A stretch of 64,000 bases of DNA from Planctomycetota bacterium (GCA_013112555.1 JABFGK010000001.1:2729574-2793573), one strand, 5' to 3'; shown: positions 47,891-57,740, counted from the first letter of the stretch. Notes: generated by a model not told the origin, from the sequence alone. Program-made: numbers and translations.

Positions 47891-47995
47891 ACCACCGCTT
47901 CGCGGTGAGGAAGGGGAAGAGGAAGGGAGAGAGAGGGAAGGGAGGGGCGCAAGGGATGGGAGTGGAAGGGATGAGAGGATGGGCGCAAGGAGCGA
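47880..47995. repeat. REP-like unit downstream of the RAYT gene
   Basis: GACCACCGCTTCGCGGTGAGGAAGGGGAAGAGGAAGGGAGAGAGAGGGAAGGGAGGGG repeats the same ACCGCT(T/A)CGCGGTGAGGA palindrome + purine tract as the upstream array. Confidence 0.7.
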
Positions 47996-48014
47996 TGGGT
48001 TTCGATTCAAAGGA

Positions 48015-48899
48015 TCAGCGTTGCCGTCCCAGCAGCAGGACTAACCCGATCAGTGCCAACTCGCCGACGCCGGCCACCACCACCCAGACCACGGCCGACT
48101 GCGGCTCCATGTACAGCGCGCATCCGACCGCCAGGCCTAAGACCAGGATCAGGGCAATCATGGTCAAGAGTCGCCCGGCAGTGAACTCCGATCCCGCTGC
48201 GCGCATGGCGCGCAACTCCGTATGTAGATCGGTGAGCCGTGTGATCACCTGATCATCCGGGCCGGCGGCTTCGACGGTCGTGTCATCGGACCCAGGCGTG
48301 TGGGAATCCACATCGTTGCGGTCGGTCTCCGGTGGTCCTTCCCCGCCGCCGGTGATCGCCGACGCGGCCTCGGTCAATGTCGCAACCAGGAGGTCAGCCT
48401 TGGTCACACCGGCCTGCTCCGGCTGCCCGGTGCGTACCAAGACGGTCCGGCAGCCTGCTGCGATGCCTGCCTCGATATCGCGTTCCTGATCACCGACCAT
48501 CCAGCACTGTGCGAGATCGAGATCAAGGTCGTCGGCCGCCTGCAGCAACATCCCCGGCTGCGGCTTCCGCCATGGGTGTTCACACGCATACTGTGTGACC
48601 GAGCCGTTCGGGTGAAACGGGCAGTAGTAAAAGCGATCGATGAGCGCACCGGACTCCTCGGTGATCAGATGGGCGATCCGCTGATTGACGGCATCGACAT
48701 CATCCTCGGAGTACTTCCCGCGGGCCACCCCACCCTGATTCGTAATGACAATGATGCGGTACCCCGCCTCCTGCAACTGCTTGATTGCAGCAGCAGCGTC
48801 GGCAATCAGGCGAACCTCATCCGGGTCGCCGAGATCCCCACTGTTCTGGATGATCGTGTCGTCACGATCCAAGAAGACTGCGCGAACGGAAGCGGTCAT
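48015..48899 (-). CDS. gmhB: HAD-family D,D-heptose 1,7-bisphosphate phosphatase-like protein (GmhB-like) with a C-terminal membrane-anchor extension
   Basis: VFLDRDDTII...IIVITNQGGVARG...YYCPFHPNGSVTQYACEHPWRKPQPGML...MVGDQERDIEAG matches GmhB motifs, including the Cys/His zinc site. About 90 extra C-terminal aa with two predicted TM helices. Confidence 0.7.
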   Translation of the reverse strand: MTASVRAVFLDRDDTIIQNSGDLGDPDEVRLIADAAAAIKQLQEAGYRIIVITNQGGVARGKYSEDDVDAVNQRIAHLITEESGALIDRFYYCPFHPNGSVTQYACEHPWRKPQPGMLLQAADDLDLDLAQCWMVGDQERDIEAGIAAGCRTVLVRTGQPEQAGVTKADLLVATLTEAASAITGGGEGPPETDRNDVDSHTPGSDDTTVEAAGPDDQVITRLTDLHTELRAMRAAGSEFTAGRLLTMIALILVLGLAVGCALYMEPQSAVVWVVVAGVGELALIGLVLLLGRQR

Positions 48900-48969
48900 G
48901 GCAGGTAAGCATACCACCGAAGCCGAGTGCGGACGATGGCGGTGGCCTGAATCGAGACTCACTCAACAA

Positions 48970-49881
48970 TCAGGATGAGGTATTTGACAGCGGTGTCTCA
49001 TCAGCCATCTTCAGCAGTCGCTGCGCGTAGGTGTTCATGGCATCGCGCAGTTGCTCGAAACTCTCGAGAACGTACAGGATGGGCTGATAGTGGTCGATTT
49101 CGAAGGCGGTGTCACAGACCCGATCCAGATCGAATGGTCGGCGATCGACCTCCGGCGATTCGAGTGCGTGCCTTGATTCGCCTGGCGACGAGATGAGTCC
49201 TGAGCCGTAGATCTTGAGCCGGCCATCCTCGCGGATCAGGCCGAACTCGACGGTAAACCAGAAGAGTCGGGCGAGGCGTTCGGTATGGCTCTCATCGTTC
49301 GTGGTCAGCGCTGCCTGGCCATAGGTCTGGAGGAAGTCGGCAAACACGGGATCGGCATGGAGCGGGACGTGGCCGAAGATGTCGTGGAAGATATCCGGTT
49401 CGGGCAGATAGTCGATCGAGTCTTTGGGCCGGATCACGATGGTCGTCGGGAACTCTCGGCGCCCGATGCAGGCAAAAAACCCTTGGGCCGGGACATAGCC
49501 TGGCACGGCACGTGAGGCCCAGCCGGTCAGCGGGCCGAGTCGCGAGTTGATTTCGCTCAGATCGGGAATGTGATCGCGGCGGAGGTTGATCGCCTTGGCC
49601 CCGGACAGCCAGACATTGCTGGCATTGTCGGCCAGGTACTGCATCTGCCGGTCAAAGAGGGTCGTCCAGGTTTCCTGGTTCTCATCGGTGTAGCCGTCGT
49701 ACCGCTGTGAGATGTACATGCAGGTCGGGTCGTCATAGCCCGGCTGCCCGAAGTGGTCGGCATAGTGCTGCGCCTGGCCGGCCTGGGCATCATCAATCAT
49801 GGCAGCGTTGAGGCTGTAGGACTTCGGCTTGCCGGTGCCGGCATCGTCGGTCGGAGCAAGAAACACGGGATTGCGCATCAT
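48970..49881 (-). CDS. phhA: Phenylalanine-4-hydroxylase (aromatic amino acid hydroxylase family)
   Basis: EPDIFHDIFGHVPLHADPVFADFLQTYGQ (the two iron-binding His), FWFTVEFGLI and the C-terminal YxxSF region are characteristic of bacterial PhhA. Confidence 0.85.
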   Translation of the reverse strand: MMRNPVFLAPTDDAGTGKPKSYSLNAAMIDDAQAGQAQHYADHFGQPGYDDPTCMYISQRYDGYTDENQETWTTLFDRQMQYLADNASNVWLSGAKAINLRRDHIPDLSEINSRLGPLTGWASRAVPGYVPAQGFFACIGRREFPTTIVIRPKDSIDYLPEPDIFHDIFGHVPLHADPVFADFLQTYGQAALTTNDESHTERLARLFWFTVEFGLIREDGRLKIYGSGLISSPGESRHALESPEVDRRPFDLDRVCDTAFEIDHYQPILYVLESFEQLRDAMNTYAQRLLKMADETPLSNTSS

Positions 49882-50025
49882 GACGGCATCACCTCGTGAT
49901 GTATCGAATTCGGGTCAAGTCACATCAACAACACGTCATTGTACCGCGACCCCGCCGATGCGCCCATGAGGAACCGGCACTAATACTTTTCGGATAACCG
50001 AATAGAAATAGCGCGGTTGCCGAGG

Positions 50026-52227
50026 TCAGTCCTTTGAGAGGATCATGGCACTATACGGCCCGATTGACAGGGCACCGTTGTAGGGCATGCCGTCCCATTG
50101 GCCGGAGACGGCATTGACCGATGAACTGCCGTAGTTGCCGTAGTCCCCGCTGTAGATGCTGCTGTCGCTGTTGAATCGAACCTGCCAGGTGCCGCCCGAG
50201 GGGAAGCCGATGATGTACTCGGGGTACGTTTTGTTGCTCATGTTGAGGATGACAATGACGTCATCGCCGTTGCCGCCGGTATCCCAGCGATGGAAGGCAA
50301 TCACCTTATCGGTATCGTTGACATGATGGACGTTCAGGTTCTGGCCGCGCAGGCCGCGCGTGTTGTCGTACCAGTTTCGGCGTAACTTGATGAGATCGCT
50401 GTAGAGGGTGTGGATCCCGGAGTAGGTGTTCAGTTTCGACCAGTCGATCGGATCGTTGTCGGCAAAGTACCCGTTCTCGAGTATCTCCTGTCCCTGGAAG
50501 ATCATCGGGACGCCGGGCGAGGTCATCACGAGCGCGGCCCCGAGCGTGGAGCGTTTCCGGGAATACCAACTGCCGCTGTTGCCCGGCCAGATTTCCTCCG
50601 GTACGCGCATCTTGCCGTTGGCCACCTCATCGTGCGACTCGGTAAAGATGATGCGCTCGAAGGCATCGCTGTTGTACCGTTGAGAGATGGCATCGCGCAC
50701 TTCCCACATGTTCCGGTTGCTGTCCACAGACGTAATGATGTTGGAGCGGATGGGATGGACGAACTGCGCGCTCCATTGTGAATCGAAGCCGGCCCCGCCG
50801 GCGCCGGTGGTCTTGGTCATCCAGGCATTATTCTGCATGTCCTCGGCGACGATGAACTTCCAGCCCTGCCGCGCGTCGACTTCATTGTTAATCCACTGCA
50901 TGAGGCTCCAGCCGTCGGGCAGTTCGTAACTGCCACCGCCGTAGACCGAGCGAATCCAACTGGTGCCATCGACGCGCAGGCCGTCGGCGTGATAGTCCTC
51001 CAACCAGAAGAGGCTGTTGTCGCGAATGTACTGTCGTACTTCGCTGCGACCGTAATCCGGCCTCGTATCTCCCCAGGGAGTCGAAGCGCGCTCATCGTTA
51101 TAGAAGAAGATGCCGCCCATGAAGTTCTGATGCCAGCCGTCGTATTGCCAGAGGTCGAGGTCGGTCGGCCCGTAGTGGTTGAACACGACGTCCTGCAGGA
51201 TGGCAATGCCGCGGACATGGGCTGCATTGACAAAGCGCTTGTATGCCTGAGATCCGCCATAGACGGACTCGATGGCAAACGGATGCGACATGTTGTATCC
51301 CCAGGAGAAGTCGCCCGGGAACTCGTTGACCGGCATGACCTCGATCGCGTTGATGCCGAGATCCTGGAGGTAATCAAGTTTGAGAATCACATTGTCAAAG
51401 TCACCCGGCAGCCCGCCGTAGGTATCGTTGAAGGTCCCGACGTGCATTTCGTAGATGACCAGATCGTTCCATGCCGGGGTCGAGTAGAGGTCGTCGGTCC
51501 AGTCGAAGCGGGGGTCAGCGATCACGGTGTTCCCGTTCGAGGCCGTGACCTGCTGGGCCCGGGCATCGTTCTTCCAGAGTTGCGATGATCCGTTCCAGAT
51601 CACGTACTTGTATTGCTGGTTGATGGTTGCATTGCGGAAGTCAACCGACCAGTTTCCGTTGCCTTCGCTGACCAGTGGAGAGGTGGCCTGGGACCAGCCG
51701 TTGAAGTCGCCGGCCACATAGACCTTCGTTGCATTCGGGGCCCACACCCGGAAGGTCGTGCCGCCGCTGTACGGGATCGATCCCATGCCGGTCTTGGAGG
51801 ATGCTTCGGTGAATCGTTTCGCCCCGACGCCGTAACGCACGGCCGATTTGCCGTAGATACCGACGTAGTACCGCCCGCTTTCGAGGGGTGGTGCTGACGA
51901 TTCGTGCGCGAGGATGCGTTCGGCCTTCTTATTGGTATTGGAGCGGTAGTCCCAGTTATTGAGATCGGGCAGGCTCCCGAGCCGCACATAGATGTCGGCG
52001 TTGCCGGCGTTGAGGCTCCTGACCCCCCAGCCGGCCTTCGCATTCCAGTCGTACACATCGATGAAGTAGTATTCCCATTCGCCCTGCCCGACATTGGAGA
52101 CAATCGGCACGCTGTCCTGGAGTGGGGTCTGGGCAGAGGCCGGCGGATTGACGATCAGACCGATCAATCCTGCCACGAGCAGGTACAGGCAGGCAGCCGC
52201 TCGTTGTGTCTTCCCAATTCGCTCCAT
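50026..52227 (-). CDS. Secreted GH13 alpha-amylase-family glycoside hydrolase with an N-terminal accessory domain and a CBM48-like module
   Basis: Signal peptide (MERIGKTQRAAACLYLLVAGLIGLIVNPPASA). TTFRVWAPNATKVYVAGDFNGW (CBM48/E-set). GH13 catalytic regions (VMPVNEFPGDFSWGYN, AILQDVVFNH, GLRVDGTSWI, FTESHDE). Confidence 0.8.
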   Translation of the reverse strand: MERIGKTQRAAACLYLLVAGLIGLIVNPPASAQTPLQDSVPIVSNVGQGEWEYYFIDVYDWNAKAGWGVRSLNAGNADIYVRLGSLPDLNNWDYRSNTNKKAERILAHESSAPPLESGRYYVGIYGKSAVRYGVGAKRFTEASSKTGMGSIPYSGGTTFRVWAPNATKVYVAGDFNGWSQATSPLVSEGNGNWSVDFRNATINQQYKYVIWNGSSQLWKNDARAQQVTASNGNTVIADPRFDWTDDLYSTPAWNDLVIYEMHVGTFNDTYGGLPGDFDNVILKLDYLQDLGINAIEVMPVNEFPGDFSWGYNMSHPFAIESVYGGSQAYKRFVNAAHVRGIAILQDVVFNHYGPTDLDLWQYDGWHQNFMGGIFFYNDERASTPWGDTRPDYGRSEVRQYIRDNSLFWLEDYHADGLRVDGTSWIRSVYGGGSYELPDGWSLMQWINNEVDARQGWKFIVAEDMQNNAWMTKTTGAGGAGFDSQWSAQFVHPIRSNIITSVDSNRNMWEVRDAISQRYNSDAFERIIFTESHDEVANGKMRVPEEIWPGNSGSWYSRKRSTLGAALVMTSPGVPMIFQGQEILENGYFADNDPIDWSKLNTYSGIHTLYSDLIKLRRNWYDNTRGLRGQNLNVHHVNDTDKVIAFHRWDTGGNGDDVIVILNMSNKTYPEYIIGFPSGGTWQVRFNSDSSIYSGDYGNYGSSSVNAVSGQWDGMPYNGALSIGPYSAMILSKD

Positions 52228-52374
52228 CCTGATCTTCACGATTGTCCCTTTCTCCTGTTGGACCCAGACGGCACTTCGCCGATAACCGCGGGAGTGCCAT
52301 GGCGCACAGACAGCGTGCGTGATTCCCCTCACAGACTCTGATTATACATCAGAATCGGCCGAATCACAAGCAAA

Positions 52375-52638
52375 TCAGGCGATCGTGTCGTCGATTGGAG
52401 TCGCTGCCCCAGCCTGTTCGGCACTATCGAGGAACCATGCGCAGCCGCACTCCGGGCACAGGGTGGCCCCGTCCGATGGGTCGGGAGGCAGGGCATGGAG
52501 GTCGTACCCGCAGTGCGGGCAGACGTTGTATCGGAGCATGACGGTGTGGATGCGTTCGAGCCGCCCGCGCCGAGCCCGGTGCCAGATCAAGAACGGCCAG
52601 AGCCAGATTTGAAAGCCAACGGCCACGATGGCGCCCAT
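52375..52638 (-). CDS. Small membrane protein with a C-terminal zinc-ribbon (CPHCG...CPECG); may be the frameshifted continuation of the overlapping upstream ORF
   Basis: MGAIVAVGFQIWLWPFLIW (TM), then CPHCGYDLH...CPECGCAWF. Overlaps ORF 52424-52963 in another frame. Confidence 0.4.
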   Translation of the reverse strand: MGAIVAVGFQIWLWPFLIWHRARRGRLERIHTVMLRYNVCPHCGYDLHALPPDPSDGATLCPECGCAWFLDSAEQAGAATPIDDTIA

Positions 52639-52639
52639 G

Positions 52640-52963
52640 TGACCACGCCTGCTGTGTTGCCAGCGGCGAGGTGAACAGGGTGAAAATGTAAATGATCGCC
52701 ACGATGCCGAAGGTACAGAGGAAGACGGCGACGGCCCAGTTCATGCCTCGGGACAATCCGGACCCGATTTCGCGCAGAATGGCAGCATGCAAATCCGGGT
52801 TATCGCCGAAACGGCGGCCGGCGAGTCGAGCCTTGACCGGGTCCAGCGGCGCGACCGATCGGCCGCGCGCATCGCGCACACTCAGTCCGGAGGCGGCATG
52901 TTCACGTTCAGCCGGTCGGACAACCGGCACGTCGTGATCAGGTTCAAGTTGTTGATCTGCCAT
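52640..52963 (-). CDS. Hypothetical membrane protein (N-terminal part; the frame runs into an Arg-rich nonsense-like tail beyond about 52640)
   Basis: MADQQLEPDHDVPVV...SRGMNWAVAVFLCTFGIVAIIYIFTLFTSPLA looks protein-like. The downstream remainder of that frame (to 52424) is Arg/Pro-rich low complexity, suggesting a frameshift into the 52375-52638 frame or a shorter real gene. Confidence 0.3.
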
Positions 52964-52969
52964 GAGATG

Positions 52970-53845
52970 CTACCTGTCAAGATGAAACAATCGGCGCATC
53001 ATCCGGTCGGTCAGCCACGTTGGCATGACCCGATATCCCATGCGTCTCAGGGTATTGTGTCGGGGCACGGTGTAGTGCGCCCGGGGTCGTTTGGCCTGGA
53101 TGGCTCGCGCAATGCAGTCGGCCACGACGTCCGGCCCGGGAGCCCTGTTGCCGTAGTATTCGAAAACCGCCTGTGCCTGTTTCAGGGATTCCGTATACGA
53201 CTCGGAGCCTGGCTCGTGGCGGGTAGTCGCCCGGACACGGTCGAGGTTGTCCTGCATCTGTGCAAAGAACGGAGTTCGGATGGGTCCCGGCTCGATCAGG
53301 ATGACAGGAATGCCGAACTGAGCCAACTCACAACGGAGCGCTTCGTTGACGGCAACGAGCGCGTGCTTTGATGCACAATACGGTGCGGACAGCGGGTGCG
53401 GGAGTCGGCCGATCAGGCTGCCGATGTTAATAATGCGTGCCGGCTGCTGACTCGTCCGGCTCCTCATGGACGGGACACAGGCCTGTGTGACGGCCACCAG
53501 GCCGAACAGGTTGACTTCGAACAGTCGCTGCCATTCTGAAAGCGGGATGAGTTCGATCGGTCCGGGAGTGGAGTAGCCGGCACAGTTAATAAGAACGTCG
53601 GGCCCCGCCCCGTCAGTCTCATCCGTGATCCGGTTGACAAGCGCTGCGATGCTGTCCCGGTTCGTGACGTCAAGCGGCATGGAGGTGATACCGTGCTCGG
53701 TCGTCTGCTGTTGATCGTACACGACATCCGCTGCATAGACAGCATGGCCCACTCCTGCCAGCTGCCGCGCGGCCGCCTGCCCGATCCCACCGGCACCGCC
53801 GGTGATCAGCACCGTCAATCGCGATCGTGGTGCAGCACGATTCAT
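52970..53845 (-). CDS. Short-chain dehydrogenase/reductase (SDR) family oxidoreductase
   Basis: TVLITGGAGGIGQAAARQL (TGxxxGxG), NCAGY and the YCASKHAL catalytic YxxxK. Confidence 0.85.
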   Translation of the reverse strand: MNRAAPRSRLTVLITGGAGGIGQAAARQLAGVGHAVYAADVVYDQQQTTEHGITSMPLDVTNRDSIAALVNRITDETDGAGPDVLINCAGYSTPGPIELIPLSEWQRLFEVNLFGLVAVTQACVPSMRSRTSQQPARIINIGSLIGRLPHPLSAPYCASKHALVAVNEALRCELAQFGIPVILIEPGPIRTPFFAQMQDNLDRVRATTRHEPGSESYTESLKQAQAVFEYYGNRAPGPDVVADCIARAIQAKRPRAHYTVPRHNTLRRMGYRVMPTWLTDRMMRRLFHLDR

Positions 53846-53889
53846 GCAGCAGTGTATCTCACTGACAGCGTCTGAGCGTGTGCGCCGGC

Positions 53890-55008
53890 TCAGTCAGTTG
53901 CCCGGTACTGACCAAGCAGATCGAGCAGCCGGCACATGTCATCCGGCAGCGGCGCTTCGAGTCGCATGCGCAGCGCACTGATCGGATGATCGAACTCAAT
54001 CGAGGCGGCATGGAGTGCCTGGCGGTGCATGACGGGGGCATCCTGCGGGTCGCCGCTTGATATGGTGTCGGTCAGATGCGAAAGGTCTAACAGCGGGCCG
54101 TCGTACATATCATCGCCCACCAGCGGCCAGCCCATGTGGGCCATATGCACGCGAATCTGATGGGTGCGGCCGGTGTGGAGGTCGAGTTCGACCAGTGCAT
54201 AGCCGTCGAATTGCTGCTTCAAACGATACGTGGTCCGGGCCGGCTTGCTCGCGTCGTCATAGCGCACGGTCATGAGTTCACGAATGACCGTGTGTTTGCC
54301 GATCGGGAAGTCGAGGATGTCGGCAGGCGGTTCGACGGTCCCGGTCACGACAGCCAGGTATCGTTTCTCAACCGTCCGGTCATGGAACTGCTTGCCGAGC
54401 CGGTAGTGGGCGACATCGGACTTGGCTGCTATGAGGACGCCGGTGGTGTCCTTGTCGAGCCGATGCACCACACCCGGGCGTGCCTCGTCCTTGCCGACAC
54501 TGGACAAGGTGCCGTCAGAGTTATGCAGGAAGTGCCAGGCGAGCGCATTGACGATCGTGCCGGTCTTATGGCTCCGGGCGGGGTGGACGACAATGCCGGC
54601 CTGCTTGTTCAACACAATGAGGTGCTCATCCTCATACAGCACGGTAAGCGGAATGTCATCCGGTTGAATCTCTTTTGTCGGGGGCGGCGGGACCGTCACG
54701 ACGACCTCGTCGTCAAGGCGCAGCACGGTCGATGCTTTGGGGCAACGGCCGTTGACTTCGACGGCCTTTTCCTTGATGAGTCGTTGCAGTTGCGTCCGGC
54801 TCATAAAGGGGATGCGGTCCTGCAGGTACTTGTCGAGTCGCTTCTGTAGATCGCGGGTCAATCTGAAGGTCACCGACAGGGCACCGTCATCCGAGTCGTC
54901 CCCGTCGCCGCATGAGGATGCCGCCCGGACCAGGTCAGGATCAACCTTGCCGTCCGCACCGAGTAAGGATGTGAGATCGTGGGGCTCGTTCATGCGTAAC
55001 GTCCCCAT
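53890..55008 (-). CDS. RluA/RluD-family pseudouridine synthase with an S4 domain
   Basis: S4-like N-terminal region (RLDKYLQDRIPFMSRTQLQRLIKEKAVEVNG). Catalytic HRLDKDTTGVLIAAK motif. C-terminal HTGRTHQIRVHMAHMGWPLVGD. Confidence 0.85.
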   Translation of the reverse strand: MGTLRMNEPHDLTSLLGADGKVDPDLVRAASSCGDGDDSDDGALSVTFRLTRDLQKRLDKYLQDRIPFMSRTQLQRLIKEKAVEVNGRCPKASTVLRLDDEVVVTVPPPPTKEIQPDDIPLTVLYEDEHLIVLNKQAGIVVHPARSHKTGTIVNALAWHFLHNSDGTLSSVGKDEARPGVVHRLDKDTTGVLIAAKSDVAHYRLGKQFHDRTVEKRYLAVVTGTVEPPADILDFPIGKHTVIRELMTVRYDDASKPARTTYRLKQQFDGYALVELDLHTGRTHQIRVHMAHMGWPLVGDDMYDGPLLDLSHLTDTISSGDPQDAPVMHRQALHAASIEFDHPISALRMRLEAPLPDDMCRLLDLLGQYRATD

Positions 55009-55068
55009 GGCAGAGAGATACCGAAGCGGGTGCGTGAGCCAGCGGTGGGCAAGGGGCTCAGGGTCTGA

Positions 55069-55989
55069 TCAGCCGCCGCCGCCGGTGCCATCGTCGTTGC
55101 CGCCATCGCCCGGATCATCAGCGCCAGTTTCATCCCCGGTACCCTCGGGGGTCTCGGGATCCTGAGTCCCGGCTTCAGCGTCTTGACCGGTTTCGACTGG
55201 TTCGGTCACTTCCTCGGGGTCCTCGGCAGGATCATCAGCGGGCTCCGGGACTGGAGGGGCTGTTGCTGCGGCGAGTTCGGCAGCGGTCGGCAGTGGGGTC
55301 CATTGGCCGCCCCGTTCCAGGGAATCGATTCGTGTCTGACAAAGGGTTTTCAAGTCCGGATAGTTGTCGGACAGGGTCTCTTGAATCTGGTTATAGATGG
55401 CAGTCGCACCGTCGTTGTCCTGGCGCATTTCCGCCACCGTCGCCAACCCGAACATGGCCTTGGCGGTGAGCAACTCCTTGCCGGGATCATCCTGGGTCCG
55501 GTCCAAGACCATGCGATACTGGACCTCGATGTCATCCAGGGCCTCGGAACGCTCCTCCGGGGTCATCGGGGGGGCTACTTCATCCTCCGGCGGGAGCGGA
55601 TCATCCGGGTCCGGCACGGGGGGCACCCAGGTGGGTGAGACATCCAGGTACACCTCATAGAGGCGGAGCGATGCAGCGGACAGACTGGCCATATCGGAAA
55701 CCGAGCCGACCTCCTCGTACTGATTCACGAAGCCGGCCATTGAGCCGTAACTATCGGTCTGCCCCCATTCCACCCAGGCCTGCCCGATGCGCTCGGTGCG
55801 CGTTTCCTGCCACCAGATCCAGCCTCGGACCCCAAGCAGGAGCAATGCGAGCACGACCAGGACGTTCGGGCCATGCTTCTTGAGAGCCTCGACCAGTTCC
55901 AGGTTGACCGTGGACTCGGTCATCTGGCTGGTGTGCATTTCTTCTAATCGTTTGTCAACCATTGGGTTATCCCCTGGGTGTTTCTTCAA
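55069..55989 (-). CDS. Hypothetical single-TM protein with a helical domain and an acidic Pro/Glu/Asp/Gly-rich C-terminal tail
   Basis: TM (LVVLALLLLGVRGWIWW), then a helical region, then PEPADDPAEDPEEVTEPVETGQDAEAG...GGNDDGTGGGG. No family assigned. Confidence 0.5.
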   Translation of the reverse strand: MKKHPGDNPMVDKRLEEMHTSQMTESTVNLELVEALKKHGPNVLVVLALLLLGVRGWIWWQETRTERIGQAWVEWGQTDSYGSMAGFVNQYEEVGSVSDMASLSAASLRLYEVYLDVSPTWVPPVPDPDDPLPPEDEVAPPMTPEERSEALDDIEVQYRMVLDRTQDDPGKELLTAKAMFGLATVAEMRQDNDGATAIYNQIQETLSDNYPDLKTLCQTRIDSLERGGQWTPLPTAAELAAATAPPVPEPADDPAEDPEEVTEPVETGQDAEAGTQDPETPEGTGDETGADDPGDGGNDDGTGGGG

Positions 55990-56101
55990 ATCAGCGGAGA
56001 ATCCCCCCGCGTCCCGATTTCGAGTGTGCCGGGTGCTGTCTTGCTGCCCGACGAACCGGCAATGATAGCGGATACGCGCGCGACTGCCACGACTGTGATC
56101 G

Positions 56102-57157
56102 TCAGGTTTGATTCTCCGTCAACCGCTCATCAAACAGCCACGGGCCTGGGTGTTCCAGATCGGCATCCGGGACCAGACGCTGCCGGATTGCGTGGGTGAG
56201 CCCGGGCAGCCCCAGGGCCTTTTTGACGCTCACCGATACATCAGCCTGGGGAGCCCAGCCCTTGACCCGGTCGGACTTGAGAAGCACCCTCAAGTCATAC
56301 GGACCGACGTCTGCCCGACATTCCGGCAGTTCCGGCCAGATTCCCTGGTGATCAGCCGCAGCAATCAGCAGATCGGCGTCGGCAATGATCCGGTCCGAAA
56401 TGGCAACTGCGTCGCCGGTGATGGGATCGGGCAGGCTGCCATCGGACTGCTGTTCGGGTCGGCCGGGGGTGTCATACCACCAGACGACGAGCCCGTCCAG
56501 ATCGAGTTGGACGCCGACATAATCGCGTGTCGTGCCCATGAGGTCGGCTGCGATACTCGTCGATCGGCCGGCCAGCGCATTGGTCAGCGTGCTCTTGCCC
56601 ACATTCGGCAATCCCACCACGACCACGGACGGCGGCGCCAGCAGATGATTCAAACGGACTGAGCGCCGGCGGATCATTTCGATCGGCTCGACATCATCGG
56701 CACAGCGCTGTGCCAGGGCAGTTCGGTATGCCGCCCATCGTTCGGGCTGGCTGGGAAGCAGTTCGAGTGCCAGCGGGCTGGCAGCCCGTGCCATCGCAGC
56801 CAGCATGAGTGCTTCATCACGCGATTCGGCTTCCGGGTATTCGAGTTCCGGGTCGACCTGAGTCGGTGCCGGCACACAGTCGAGTTCAATGAGCGCTTCG
56901 CCGAGCCGCTGCAGGACGCGCAGGCCGCCGTGCGGCATGAGTTGGGCCCGATCGGGCCCGAGCACGGCCACGATCCCCTCGTCGATTGCCCCGAACCGGC
57001 AGAACCGGATTGAGCCAACCGGCCACCGATCGGCTCCCGTGAGTTGTTGCAGCACGTCTACAACATCCGGCCCCTCCCCTGCTTCATCACCATACAGGTC
57101 GATGACGGCAATCGGGCCGGGAGCATACGGCGTCGCGAGTCGGAATAAAACGGACAT
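56102..57157 (-). CDS. MnmE/TrmE-like GTPase, shorter than canonical MnmE (lacks the C-terminal CxGK region)
   Basis: The N-terminal LATPYAPGPIAVIDLYGD...LMPHGG resembles the MnmE N-domain. G-domain motifs are present: GLPNVGKST (G1), GTTRD (G2), DTPG (G3). The length is 351 aa versus about 450 for MnmE. Confidence 0.55.
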   Translation of the reverse strand: MSVLFRLATPYAPGPIAVIDLYGDEAGEGPDVVDVLQQLTGADRWPVGSIRFCRFGAIDEGIVAVLGPDRAQLMPHGGLRVLQRLGEALIELDCVPAPTQVDPELEYPEAESRDEALMLAAMARAASPLALELLPSQPERWAAYRTALAQRCADDVEPIEMIRRRSVRLNHLLAPPSVVVVGLPNVGKSTLTNALAGRSTSIAADLMGTTRDYVGVQLDLDGLVVWWYDTPGRPEQQSDGSLPDPITGDAVAISDRIIADADLLIAAADHQGIWPELPECRADVGPYDLRVLLKSDRVKGWAPQADVSVSVKKALGLPGLTHAIRQRLVPDADLEHPGPWLFDERLTENQT

Positions 57158-57187
57158 TCACAGGCCCCCCGTGTCCTGGGCGGAACT

Positions 57188-57706
57188 TCACTGCCCTGGG
57201 TCGTATGGGTTTCGGCCGTAGCCGCCGCGCACATTTTGCCTCGGGTAGGTGAGGATCATCAAACCGAGGCCGAGGGCCGGCACGATGACCATGGCCGGGT
57301 GCACGAGCAGGATGCAGATTGCGCCAAACAGGCTCGGTCCTTCGATCATGGCAAGCCGCAGGATCGTTGCTGTCTGAACCGCAGCGGGTGTGGGATCGCC
57401 GGTCTCGGGGTCCACACTGTCTTGTATCTGCTTCCGATGGAGCACAAACCCCATCGGCACTGCCGTGATCATAAGTACGACGCAGGTTCCGCCAAGAATC
57501 ATGCCGGCCACGCTGCCTTGAAAGCCCACAGACCCACCGGTGCTGTAGCCGATGCCGAACATGACGACAGTCATAACGACCAGCCCGGCCATCATCGGCA
57601 GGTAGATCCATCTGCTCATTCGGTAGGCCTCATCAAGTGTCTGAGCCATACCGGGTCCGAGTTGCTGATCTCGAGTGTCATTCTGGTCGTTGTCAAACTC
57701 TGTCAT
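57188..57706 (-). CDS. Hypothetical 4-TM membrane protein
   Basis: MTEFDNDQNDTRD... then four hydrophobic helices (WIYLPMMAGLVVMTVVMFGIGY, MILGGTCVVLMITAVPMGFVL, and others). The start position is approximate (about ±2 nt). The ORF track begins upstream at 57808. Confidence 0.45.
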   Translation of the reverse strand: MTEFDNDQNDTRDQQLGPGMAQTLDEAYRMSRWIYLPMMAGLVVMTVVMFGIGYSTGGSVGFQGSVAGMILGGTCVVLMITAVPMGFVLHRKQIQDSVDPETGDPTPAAVQTATILRLAMIEGPSLFGAICILLVHPAMVIVPALGLGLMILTYPRQNVRGGYGRNPYDPGQ

Positions 57707-57740
57707 GCACACCCTTTCGTTTCGAGTACACCGACTGTCG

